Assembly: GCA_046050355.1 (NCBI GenBank)
Contig: JBJOPW010000004.1
Coordinates: 13,755-77,754, forward strand
DNA: 64,000 bases
Source of the DNA: Candidatus Parcubacteria bacterium
GTDB lineage: Bacteria > Patescibacteriota > Minisyncoccia > Phycocordibacterales > UBA918
Reading direction: 5' to 3'
The notes under the pieces are model-generated. The model was not told where the DNA came from. It saw only the letters and a list, made by a program, of their open reading frames with translations, and did not search any database. Each line of letters starts with the position of its first letter. Position 1 is the stretch's first letter. Of this stretch, positions 29,107 to 38,112 are shown in pieces. The translations under genes were made by a program, and so were the position numbers.

Positions 29107-29150
29107 AGTTCGAGAAGTGTTCCGATGTGGGTCACACTGGCGGCAAAACC
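29107..29150. repeat. right hybrid attachment site (element arm, core 29127-29135, host arm)
   Basis: Core GTGGGTCAC at the point where pyrE-like sequence ends. Confidence 0.8.
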
Positions 29151-29438
29151 GGTGGCGGCAGTGGGGATGCCGATGATGATGGGTTGACGCCTTTCATCAT
29201 CGGACAAAATGTCGCAGATGCGTTTGCCGATGAATCGTCCGCACCGCTCAGTCAGGGATGGGTTGTCGGTCAGGTCGCCACGACCATTGAAGTAGATGTG
29301 GCTCGCTACACCGCTTTTCAGTGTGAACGGATCTTCTGTCCACACCAACATTCCATATTTGACCATTTCACGGATCAGGTCGATCTCCTCGTTTTCGAAG
29401 CGACGACCTGCACCGAATGGTGAAGTAAGTTCTGGCAA
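29127..29438 (-). pseudogene. pyrE: 5' part of an orotate phosphoribosyltransferase-like gene interrupted by the element
   Basis: FTLKSGVASHIYFN and IIGIPTAA; the PRPP-binding motif is missing; frame continues as YDPRTF in bases 18-1. Confidence 0.7.
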
Positions 29439-29577
29439 AGTACTAATCCTTCCTGTTTGGGCCACTCCATCACGTATGGTGTGGCGGTTTGGCGATGGGG
29501 GTAGAGTACGCTTTGGCAAGTAAAAATGCAAGTACAGCAAAGAAAATGAGTAATCTCATGCTACTATTTACATATAC

Positions 29578-30717
29578 ATGAAAGCGCCTGAAGTAAGTAC
29601 AATGAATGAGGCTCGCGCGGCTCATGCGGAGTTCACTTTGCAACGTGCCGCTTTTTCATTTTTTCAAGAAAATATAGAACTGTGTTCCAAACCACCTCGT
29701 GATGTAATGCCAGAGATTATTGCAGAGTTGCCAGAGTCGCCCAAATTACTCTCGAAACAAGAGATGGATCTATGGCTCAAAGAGAATACCTCAATGAGCG
29801 GTCAGCGGTTACATATGGACGTCGGGGCGCCATCAAAATTGGAATCCTATATTTTGTTTTTACTCATGACAACCAGTCCAAAAAGTACACAATTTGAAAC
29901 AACGGATATAGAAACTACAGGTGACAGATTTTCATTAGTTGATAGTATACAAATTTTGCGTGATGAGGTACGAACTAAGCGTTTCCTGATGGGTATCAAA
30001 GAGGCAGTTGCAAACCTTCTTACAACCAAAGATAATATACTTGTTTGCGATGCCGGTTGCGGAGCGATTCCTATTTTAGGTATACAAGCAGCATTGCAAT
30101 CGCCAAATGTGCAGGTTGTTTGTATTGAGAGCAATCCCGAATCGGTTATTATGGCGCGTGAATGTATTAATGCGTTTAATCTTGGTAATCAAGTGTTGGT
30201 TATAGAAGGAGACGCACGTGAATATAAGCCAAAGAGAGAAATTGATCTTGTTATTTCTGAGACAATGGATATTGGCTTACTTAATGAGCCAATGTGTGAC
30301 ATTATGTCGAGTTTAAAACCTTTCACATCAAATGATAGCATTTTCATTCCAGAACAAGTAGAAGTATTGGCAACAGCATTAACAGCGTCTGATTATGATA
30401 GTGCTGATAGTTACGCCCTTATTGATAAGGATTGTTGGCCAGTTATTCAAACAAAGTGGCAAGTTATCGGTAGCTACAAAGCAGGTGATTTGAGTCCGTA
30501 TTTTGAAAGTGATATTTCGGTACCGCAGAATAATGAAGCAAAAATTCCACTAATAAGTTCAAGGGTAAAAATTCATGATTCAGTGCCAACTCTCGATTTT
30601 TGCGAAAGCCGCCTTACAGCATTTTTGCCTTTGCCTGGAAGCCTCCAGTCGCGTGATAGTAAACTACATATTTCGTATCGAGCGGGTGATTCGATCAAAG
30701 AAGTACAAATAGCATGA
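29578..30717 (+). CDS. class I SAM-dependent methyltransferase (PRMT-like core)
   Basis: DEVRT, DAGCG, IESNP, GDAR, DLVISET...LLNE, FIP. Confidence 0.8.
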   Translation: MKAPEVSTMNEARAAHAEFTLQRAAFSFFQENIELCSKPPRDVMPEIIAELPESPKLLSKQEMDLWLKENTSMSGQRLHMDVGAPSKLESYILFLLMTTSPKSTQFETTDIETTGDRFSLVDSIQILRDEVRTKRFLMGIKEAVANLLTTKDNILVCDAGCGAIPILGIQAALQSPNVQVVCIESNPESVIMARECINAFNLGNQVLVIEGDAREYKPKREIDLVISETMDIGLLNEPMCDIMSSLKPFTSNDSIFIPEQVEVLATALTASDYDSADSYALIDKDCWPVIQTKWQVIGSYKAGDLSPYFESDISVPQNNEAKIPLISSRVKIHDSVPTLDFCESRLTAFLPLPGSLQSRDSKLHISYRAGDSIKEVQIA

Positions 30718-30745
30718 CCAGCATAAATGTATACATAGCAATGTT

Positions 30746-31363
30746 ATGCAATACGGCGTAGATGTGGCGAGCACCCGGCTTGATGATCTCGATAAACGAG
30801 TGTTGGCAGATGTGCGTGAACGTATCGGTCGTGTGGAGGAGGTGTCAGTGCTTGATGTTGGGTGCGGGCAGGGTGGCTTGGCGCTGGTACTGACTCAAGC
30901 TGGAGCCATTGTTACTGCACTTGATATTCCTGACTACAGTTCGGCCTTTCAAAATGAGACTGCTGCGACAATTGAATTTGTTCAGGCAGATGTCCGTGAG
31001 TGGATACAAAATAATACTGTTCAGTTTGATATGGTCGTGCTGCAACGCGTACTCCATTATCTACCGAATCATGAAGCTAAGAAGCTTCTGAGAGCACTGC
31101 GAGATGTGACCGCTACACTCTATCTGTCAGTGACCGGCACGACGACTGCCATCGCGAGTCACTATGACAAAGTCCACGAGCTAATCGAGAGGCGGTGGGG
31201 TGTACTTGATACAGTGGGGCAGGAATTATTTTCTATCACTGCACCGGTGTGTCTCTATAGTAAGGAGGAGTTACTTGAGCTCCTCAAGGACTGTGGGTGG
31301 GAGGTAGTGTGGTCGCGAGTGTCTGATTTTGGGAATATTAAGGTGGTGGCTCGAGGGAGTTAA
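30746..31363 (+). CDS. class I SAM-dependent methyltransferase
   Basis: VLDVGCGQG, FDMV, VLHYL. Confidence 0.9.
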   Translation: MQYGVDVASTRLDDLDKRVLADVRERIGRVEEVSVLDVGCGQGGLALVLTQAGAIVTALDIPDYSSAFQNETAATIEFVQADVREWIQNNTVQFDMVVLQRVLHYLPNHEAKKLLRALRDVTATLYLSVTGTTTAIASHYDKVHELIERRWGVLDTVGQELFSITAPVCLYSKEELLELLKDCGWEVVWSRVSDFGNIKVVARGS

Positions 31364-31367
31364 GTAC

Positions 31368-31403
31368 AAACGTAAAAGTCCCCAATCGGGGACTTTTACG
31401 TTT
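31368..31403. terminator. intrinsic terminator
   Basis: AAACGTAAAAGTCCC-loop-GGGACTTTTACGTTT. Confidence 0.75.
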
Positions 31404-31412
31404 ACGTGTAGG

Positions 31413-31591
31413 GTGCCGGAGATAGGACTTGGTCACAGATAATTTCTTGCAGAAATTTCCGCGACCCCGCCTCATAGTCGCAGAGCGACATATTCCGGCT
31501 TTCAAGTCCCTCACGAAAGTAAAGCAGTTTGCTTTCTCTCCGGCTCATTAAAATCAAAATGCGCCATAAAGCGCATTAAGATTTTATATTG
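31413..31591 (-). repeat. structured echo of the tRNA-Leu 3' end
   Basis: Antisense GCCGGAG and GAGGGACTTGAA, AAATTT/AAATTATC hairpin, direct copy CAAGTCCTATCTCCGGCAC. Confidence 0.75.
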
Positions 31592-31672
31592 TGCCGGAGG
31601 AGGGACTTGAACCCTCACACCTTGCGATAATGGGTTTTGAATCCATCGCGTCTACCATTCCGCCACTCCGGC
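31592..31672 (-). tRNA. tRNA-Leu(CAA)
   Basis: GCCGGAG/CTCCGGC acceptor, anticodon loop TTCAAAA, long variable arm, GTTCAAGTC T-loop; no encoded CCA. Confidence 0.9.
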
Positions 31673-31865
31673 AATATTTCTCTTTCTATACTCGGCAAAT
31701 ATGAGGTATTTCCTCAATCGCTAGAGCATACCAGATAATCCAAAACTTATAAACACCCATGGCCGGGGAAGGGTGTGGTAGAATAGAGGGACGAGCAACC
31801 GCGTTAGAACGGTTTTGGAGGTCATTCTTGCTCGGCTTTTTCCGTGTTAATTAGTATTCTGTCTT

Positions 31866-33233
31866 ATGGCATTTCAAGCTGATTCCATCTTCTGGGTAGA
31901 AGTAGAAAAAATTGTCCCAAACCCCTTCCAGCCACGTCGTGAGTTTGATGAGGCGAAGCTCAAAGAGTTGGCTGAATCAGTGCGGATGTACGGTATCTTG
32001 CAACCTCTGACAGTCACCCGCAAAGAAATCCAAGGGGAAGATGGATCGTTCCGTAGTGAATACGAACTGATCGCTGGTGAACGACGCTTGCGCGCGAGTA
32101 AGCTGGCTGGACTGCAACTGGTGCCGGTCATTATCCGTGACGGTGAGCAGACAGAACAAGAGAAGCTTGAGCTTGCTATCATCGAAAACCTCCAGCGCGA
32201 GGATCTTAATGCAGTCGATCGAGCGCTCGCTTTTCGGCAGCTGGCTGATGTATTTGGACTCTCTCATAGTCAGGTAGGAGTGAAGGTAGGGCGTAGTCGC
32301 GAGTATGTTTCAAACTCAATTCGACTCTTAGCGCTCCCCGACTACATGCTTGATGCGCTGCGGAGTAACGACATCACCGAGGGGCATGCGCGTACACTCC
32401 TCATGCTGAACGACCGACCCGAAGAGCAGGACGTAGTCTTCCGTGAGATTCTTCTCAAGAAGTTGTCCGTACGTGAAGTAGAAAAGATTGCCCGTGGCAT
32501 CGCAACGGAGAAAGTGCGCAAGAAAGAACTAGTGGATGATGGACTCCTCGAGATGGAAAAAGAATTTAGTAGCACTCTCGGTACGCGCGTTAGTATCACC
32601 AAAACAGAATTTGGTGGACGTCTGACCATTGATTACTTTTCACTTGAAGACCTGGAGTCAATGCTTGAACGGATGCGGCAGGAGAAGCTCGGTAGTGTTC
32701 GCACTCCAGTTCCGGCTGACTACCGTGATGAGTCAAACGACACCGTTGTCAGTGATGCGGTTGACGAAGAAATGTCGACACTAGCTGAGTTGGCGCGCGC
32801 GACTGGGCTTGAACCAATTGTACCGAGCCAGGTTCCTTCCGAGTCTGTTGAGGCTCTAGAAGAGCGTGCGGCAGTGCTGGCGGAAGTAGTAGCGGAAGCG
32901 ATGCCTCAGGTTGAGGAGTCGGTTGTCGCGGTGGAGCCGGTCATGCCGGACGCTAAGGAACCGGAGTCACTGATGGTGCCGGTAGCTCCATCGCCAGCCG
33001 CTGCGGACACTCCTACACCAACCGCTGATCTGAGTGCTAAGCCAAGCTTACGCGATCAACTAGCCTTACTCCTTGGTAATCGAGTACCGACACCGACGCC
33101 TCTGTCACCATCCACGGAAGAAATTACTCCTCTTGGTGACGACACAAAGCCAGCTGAAACGGCTACTGCTCCTCTCCGTGCTAAGTCAGCGACGGACGAT
33201 GATTTGTATTCGGTGACAAAATTCACCATCTAA
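31866..33233 (+). CDS. parB: ParB/Spo0J partition protein with long disordered C-terminal tail
   Basis: NPFQPR, GILQP, IAGERRLRA, ENLQREDL, EGHAR. Confidence 0.95.
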   Translation: MAFQADSIFWVEVEKIVPNPFQPRREFDEAKLKELAESVRMYGILQPLTVTRKEIQGEDGSFRSEYELIAGERRLRASKLAGLQLVPVIIRDGEQTEQEKLELAIIENLQREDLNAVDRALAFRQLADVFGLSHSQVGVKVGRSREYVSNSIRLLALPDYMLDALRSNDITEGHARTLLMLNDRPEEQDVVFREILLKKLSVREVEKIARGIATEKVRKKELVDDGLLEMEKEFSSTLGTRVSITKTEFGGRLTIDYFSLEDLESMLERMRQEKLGSVRTPVPADYRDESNDTVVSDAVDEEMSTLAELARATGLEPIVPSQVPSESVEALEERAAVLAEVVAEAMPQVEESVVAVEPVMPDAKEPESLMVPVAPSPAAADTPTPTADLSAKPSLRDQLALLLGNRVPTPTPLSPSTEEITPLGDDTKPAETATAPLRAKSATDDDLYSVTKFTI

Positions 33234-33271
33234 ATAAAAACGAGCGACTCAAGAGGGTCGCTCGTTTTTAT
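33234..33271. terminator. bidirectional terminator
   Basis: ATAAAAACGAGCGAC...GTCGCTCGTTTTTAT between convergent parB and rel. Confidence 0.8.
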
Positions 33272-34824
33272 TTGCCAATCGCTGGAAGGCCGAGTTCGCT
33301 CCGGATATGGCGGCGAGCAATTGAGGTCTTCGCGATATCGAGCCACTTTTTGGAAGGCTTGGCTGATTCTTTGGTTTCGATTTCGACGATATCACCATTC
33401 TTCAATTCAGTTTCGAGTTGGACAAATTTGCGATTGACCCGTGCGCCCGAGATATGGTTCCCAATTTCGGAGTGGATGGCATATGCAAAATCAATGGGGG
33501 TAGCGCCAAGCGGGAGATCGACCACATCACCATTGGGGGTAAAGACGAAGATGCGGTTCATAAAGAAGTCTTGTCGCATATCAGCCATAAACTGACTACT
33601 CATCTCGTCCTTGGTATACATGTCACCAATCTGGCTAATCCATTGCGGTATCTTTTGCTTGTGGTCAGGGATCTTGGCATCAACAACCTCTTCTGGCATG
33701 GCGCGTTTGGAAAATGGCCGAAAGAGACTCGGGATTAGGTTAGAAAAACGTCCGCTGGTAGTGGTGTTGTTGTTTTGCGGGAGGGCCTGCTCTTTGTACA
33801 GGAGGTGTGATGCGATACCGAATTCAGCCTCTTGGTGCATTTGGTGAGTACGGATTTGGATTTCCATAATTGTGCCATGGTTTGAAGTCACTGTAGTATG
33901 GATTGATTGGTAGCCGTTTGGCTTCGGGAAGGCGATGTAATCCTTCATCCGACCTGGTAACGGCCGCCAGAGGTCATGGATGATACCTAGTGTTCGGTAG
34001 CAGTCTTCGACGGTGGGTACAACGATACGCATAGCCATGAGATCGTAGACGGCATTGATATCCCAGTCCTTGCGGATCAGTTTGTGGTAAAGACTGTAGA
34101 GACCTTTGACTCGATACGATGTATGAAAATCAAGTAATTTGGCTTCAGCGAGTCGCTTCTGGATTGACTTTCGTTCTCGTTCGAGCACTTCACTACTTTT
34201 ACCAGCCCGCTGTTCGAGGAGGTGCTTTACGCGTTTGTGCTCTTCGGGGTAGACATAGAAAAAGGCGATATCTTCAAGCTCCTTACGGAGCTTACCCATA
34301 CCAAGTCGGTGGGCAACGGGCACATAGATCTCAAGTGTTTCGCGCGCAATACGGAGCTGCTTCTCAGCCGGCACATGATTAAGCGTCTCCATATTATGGA
34401 GTCGATCATTCAGTTTGATGATGAGGACCCGGATATCTTGACTGGTTGCGACGAAGAGCTTTCGTAATGATTCATTGTGTCTATCTTTACCGTAGTAGCG
34501 CACTGAAGAAAGTTTGGTGACTCCCTCAACTAGGTAGAGAACTTCTTCCCCAAATGTCTCTTTTATTTCTTCTGCTGTGGCATCGGTATCTTCGATGGTG
34601 TCGTGGAGAAGGGCGGCCGCGACCGTTCGTGGCCCGAGACCCATATCAGCAATTTTGTAGGCTACTTCAGCCAAATGCATCATGTATGGTTCTCCAGAAT
34701 AACGGGTTTGACTAGCGTGCTTGGTGGCGGCAAACGCATAGGCCTGTTTGATAAGCTCCTCATTTTGTTGAGTGAGCTTTGGCATTTTACCAATGATGTC
34801 TGCAGCGGTGCGCATAAAACTCAT
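33268..34824 (-). CDS. rel: RelA/SpoT (p)ppGpp synthetase/hydrolase (HD + synthetase + TGS, no ACT)
   Basis: RYSGEPY, LHDTIED, DRLHNM, KPNGYQSIHT, EIQIRT, TPIDFAY. Confidence 0.95.
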   Translation of the reverse strand: MSFMRTAADIIGKMPKLTQQNEELIKQAYAFAATKHASQTRYSGEPYMMHLAEVAYKIADMGLGPRTVAAALLHDTIEDTDATAEEIKETFGEEVLYLVEGVTKLSSVRYYGKDRHNESLRKLFVATSQDIRVLIIKLNDRLHNMETLNHVPAEKQLRIARETLEIYVPVAHRLGMGKLRKELEDIAFFYVYPEEHKRVKHLLEQRAGKSSEVLERERKSIQKRLAEAKLLDFHTSYRVKGLYSLYHKLIRKDWDINAVYDLMAMRIVVPTVEDCYRTLGIIHDLWRPLPGRMKDYIAFPKPNGYQSIHTTVTSNHGTIMEIQIRTHQMHQEAEFGIASHLLYKEQALPQNNNTTTSGRFSNLIPSLFRPFSKRAMPEEVVDAKIPDHKQKIPQWISQIGDMYTKDEMSSQFMADMRQDFFMNRIFVFTPNGDVVDLPLGATPIDFAYAIHSEIGNHISGARVNRKFVQLETELKNGDIVEIETKESAKPSKKWLDIAKTSIARRHIRSELGLPAIGK

Positions 34825-35052
34825 TGTAGGGTAAAAATAGAGAATAGGGAATAGAAGGATATTGAAAATAGAATAGAGAAGATTGAAGATGGAAGATTGA
34901 GAGTGGCTTCACTCAACAAAACTTGCTTCATTTACAATCCTGTGGTTAAATATTGTCCTGCCGTTTGGGACAACGGTGGGCCGAAATCCGCGGGCTCTTG
35001 CGGATAAAAACAACACCCGCGTGAAGCGCGGGAAGAGAAGAAAGAAGAAAAG

Positions 35053-35277
35053 ATGCGCGAAATCACTACCGACGAAGCCAACCGCAGCTCTGGTGGATTC
35101 CCTGTCTGGCTCGACGTCATTGGGCCCGACAACAAGCCCACTGGGGAAAAACTCCACCACTTAACCAAACAGCGGGCGGTCGTCGCTACCTACGGCCAGG
35201 TCCTGGAAGACACGACCAAGCGAGGGCGCGGACGTTCACATCCCGACCAAAACATTGTGGTCGGACGGCGCGAGTAG
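35053..35277 (+). CDS. hypothetical small protein
   Basis: 74-aa ORF in an otherwise empty gap; no motif. Confidence 0.35.
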   Translation: MREITTDEANRSSGGFPVWLDVIGPDNKPTGEKLHHLTKQRAVVATYGQVLEDTTKRGRGRSHPDQNIVVGRRE

Positions 35278-35445
35278 AAGCCCGAGCAGGCCGCGAAGGT
35301 GGGCGGTGATCGCCCTCCTTCGACTAGTTCTTTAATGAGTGCAAGCAGTACAACATAATCGCGCATTTCGCGCGATCATCTAAGGCGCCTACTTTGGCGC
35401 CTTTGTTCTGTATTGATGAATCTAACTTCGAGGCAAGACCTCGTA

Positions 35446-37851
35446 CTATTGCTTAAGCAGTTCGACAGCGACTTCAAGGGTGATGTCTTCAGTCTTCATG
35501 TTATCGGGGATACTGATCCGTTTGAAACCCTTGCGGAAGTAGCGACCAGACTTTGATTCGTAGAGGTTGATGAGCTTGCGGGTACGGGGATGGATACCAA
35601 TTTGTTTGAGGAGCGTCTCTCCTTTACGACCTTGCTTTGGTTCTTTCAATATTTCAAGTGCGCGTTTGAAGGTGATGGTGTACGGGTCGTCATTGCCCTT
35701 CAGTGAACGAAAATCGCCGGCATGTGCAATATACGGACCATACTGACCAGTATTTGCCATGACTGGCTCGCCAGTATCGGGATGTTGGCCGAGTTCGCGT
35801 GGCAGTATGAGATACTTTGTCGCCATCAGGAGGGTGACATCTTCCATCTTCACACCAGTCGGTAAGCTTGCACGTTTTGGCGCAACCGCTTTTTTGCCCT
35901 TTACTTTTTCTGGGGTAGCACCGAGCTGGACATAGGGACCGTATTTGCCATTAAGCACATAGATGTCTTCACCGGTCTCGGGGTGTTTGCCAATTGGAGC
36001 CTCTGCCTTTAGCTCACTCCCGTCAATGAGGCGAGAGCCTTCACAATCTGGGTACTGTTCACAAGAGAGGAAGGTGCCCGAGCGACCGAGCTTTATGACC
36101 ATCCCAGCACCACAGGTTGGGCAGGGGAATTGCTTTGGGCCGGCGCCGAGGTTCGTGAGCTTCGGAATATCTTCTTTGGCGGCCACATCTTTACTAAATG
36201 GGGTGTAGAAATCCTTGAGGGTCTTTTCATACGTACGCTTGCCTTCGGCGATTTCGTCGAGCTCGTCTTCCATATCACTCGTGAAGGTGTCACTTATGTA
36301 TTCGCCAAAGTATTGCTCGAGGAACGTAGATACGACATCACCGGTATCAGTTGGGATGAGGGTGCGACCGTCTTTAGTGACGTAACCACGCTCGGTGATA
36401 GTGTTCATGATACTCGCGTATGTTGATGGACGACCGATACCACGCTTTTCTAGTTCTTTGATAAGACCAGCTTCGGTATAACGGTTTGGCGGTTGGGTTT
36501 GTTTGGCTTCGACCATAATGTCTGTCACGGTAAGTGCCGTACCAATGGCGAGTTTTGGCACTTCGACATCCTCACCCCGCGAGGCGGTGTCTACTTTGAG
36601 CCACCCGTCAAAGGTGATACGGGCACCAGTGACCGCGAAGTCTGGAATAGTTTCTTTACCGGCAATATTCGCTACCACTTTGGTGCGAGCAAATAGGGCT
36701 TCACTCATTTGTGAACTTACGGTACGACGCCAAATGAGTTCATAAAGCGCCTTTTGGTCTTGGGTGAGACCAGCGCTTTTAACCGCGATGTTTGTCGGGC
36801 GAATTGCTTCGTGCGCTTCTTGGGCTGACTTACTCTTTGTCTTGTACTGTCGGGGAGCGAGGTAGTCTTTACCGTACTCGGCGCTGATGTGCGCGATGAT
36901 TTGCTTTTGCGCGACTTGGCTGATGGTTGTACTGTCGGTACGCATGTACGTGATATGTCCCGCTTCATAGAGCTTCTGCGCCGCTCCCATCGTCCGTGAT
37001 GGCGAAAAGCCCAGGCGAGTAGACGCCGCCTGTTGAATAGTTGAGGTCGTAAACGGCGCCCGTGGTGCACGACGAGCCTCGGTCTCTTTGAGATCGGTTA
37101 CCGTCCAGGTACCTTTCTCGCCAACTTTTTTGATACGGTCCGCTTCAGCGCTTTCGGTTGGTTCGATACTACAGGTGAGCGGCAGCGTCATCTTACCTGC
37201 TTTGGCTTCGGTGGTGAGGACAAAAAAATCGTCTGGCACAAAGGCGCGGATCTCACGCTCACGCTCCATGATAATACGGAGGGCTGGCGACTGTACGCGA
37301 CCAGCTGAGAGACCGTACCGTACCTTTTTCCAGATAAGACCAGAGAGGTCGTAGCCGACGAGACGATCAAGGACGCGACGGGCTTCCTGGGCTTCCTTGA
37401 GATTTTCGTCGATGGCACGTGGATGGGTGATCGCTTCCTTCACCGCCCCTTCAGTGATTTCGTGAAAGACGACTCGCTTGAGGTTTTTGTTTGCGCCTTT
37501 AATCAGTTCAGCCACATGCCAGGCAATGGCTTCTCCTTCACGGTCTGGGTCGGAGGCAAGGAGGACAAGGTCAGCAGCTTTCGCCGCTTTTTGGAGACCA
37601 GCAATCACTTTTTCTTTACCGGGCGAAATGATGTAGCGGGGGACAAAACCGGCTTCAATATCAACCGCATCCTTATTTGTTTTGGGTAAATCACGAACAT
37701 GCCCAATCGAGGACATAACGGTGTAGCCTTTCCCGAGATATTTTTCAATGGTTTTGGCTTTGGCTGGTGACTCAACGATAACAAGGGTACTCATCCCGTT
37801 AGCGGCTTTTGGGGTTGTTGATGTCTTAGTTTTAGTCCCGGTTGTCGTCAT
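35446..37851 (-). CDS. topA: DNA topoisomerase I
   Basis: IVESPAK, DPDREGE, SAGRVQ, ITYMRTD, GIGRPSTY, Zn finger and C-terminal repeats. Confidence 0.97.
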   Translation of the reverse strand: MTTTGTKTKTSTTPKAANGMSTLVIVESPAKAKTIEKYLGKGYTVMSSIGHVRDLPKTNKDAVDIEAGFVPRYIISPGKEKVIAGLQKAAKAADLVLLASDPDREGEAIAWHVAELIKGANKNLKRVVFHEITEGAVKEAITHPRAIDENLKEAQEARRVLDRLVGYDLSGLIWKKVRYGLSAGRVQSPALRIIMEREREIRAFVPDDFFVLTTEAKAGKMTLPLTCSIEPTESAEADRIKKVGEKGTWTVTDLKETEARRAPRAPFTTSTIQQAASTRLGFSPSRTMGAAQKLYEAGHITYMRTDSTTISQVAQKQIIAHISAEYGKDYLAPRQYKTKSKSAQEAHEAIRPTNIAVKSAGLTQDQKALYELIWRRTVSSQMSEALFARTKVVANIAGKETIPDFAVTGARITFDGWLKVDTASRGEDVEVPKLAIGTALTVTDIMVEAKQTQPPNRYTEAGLIKELEKRGIGRPSTYASIMNTITERGYVTKDGRTLIPTDTGDVVSTFLEQYFGEYISDTFTSDMEDELDEIAEGKRTYEKTLKDFYTPFSKDVAAKEDIPKLTNLGAGPKQFPCPTCGAGMVIKLGRSGTFLSCEQYPDCEGSRLIDGSELKAEAPIGKHPETGEDIYVLNGKYGPYVQLGATPEKVKGKKAVAPKRASLPTGVKMEDVTLLMATKYLILPRELGQHPDTGEPVMANTGQYGPYIAHAGDFRSLKGNDDPYTITFKRALEILKEPKQGRKGETLLKQIGIHPRTRKLINLYESKSGRYFRKGFKRISIPDNMKTEDITLEVAVELLKQ

Positions 37852-37952
37852 AATGTTTTTAATATACTTAAATCAATAGCTAAGCCTCTAACGGGGCTCA
37901 TATATATGTGTGCCGTAACAAATACTAGGTTTCTACAGTTCTGTCAAATCTG

Positions 37953-38077
37953 TAGAACATTGCCAAAATGTCCGGATACGGCGTCACTGCTCGCTCGTCA
38001 ATACTCACCGTATCATCAATACGGCTCGCATTTCCTTACTCGCGCTTCTTGTCTGCGAACATTTTTACAGCGTTCTA
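37953..38077. repeat. ~125-bp intergenic element with terminal inverted repeats
   Basis: TAGAAC..AAAATGT / ACATTTT..GTTCTA; central CCGTA-TACGG hairpin; resembles 62044-62162. Confidence 0.45.
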
Positions 38078-38112
38078 ACGCGGATAAATTGACGTGGGGA
38101 TAGTAGATAAGA

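Larger units (their letters stand above)
19..29135. mobile_element. ~29.1 kb serine-recombinase integrative (probably mobilisable) element inserted in a pyrE-like gene
   Basis: 9-bp direct repeat GTGGGTCAC at 19-27 and 29127-29135; recombinase at the left end; interrupted pyrE-like gene at the right end; mobilisation and defence cargo between; housekeeping genes resume beyond it. Confidence 0.85.

Noticed and set aside
29100-29140. Junction as a plain assembly chimera
   Set aside because: Disfavoured, not excluded: matching cores at both ends, dyad symmetry and two restored reading frames are unlikely from misassembly; reads are needed to settle it
31413-31430. tRNA-Leu 3' duplicate as the att site of an island
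   Set aside because: Only ~160 bp from the tRNA, no integrase between, and the same layout recurs at the other two tRNAs
34833-34905. Purine-rich GAATAG/GAAGATT run upstream of rel
   Set aside because: Degenerate low-complexity sequence with no consistent unit
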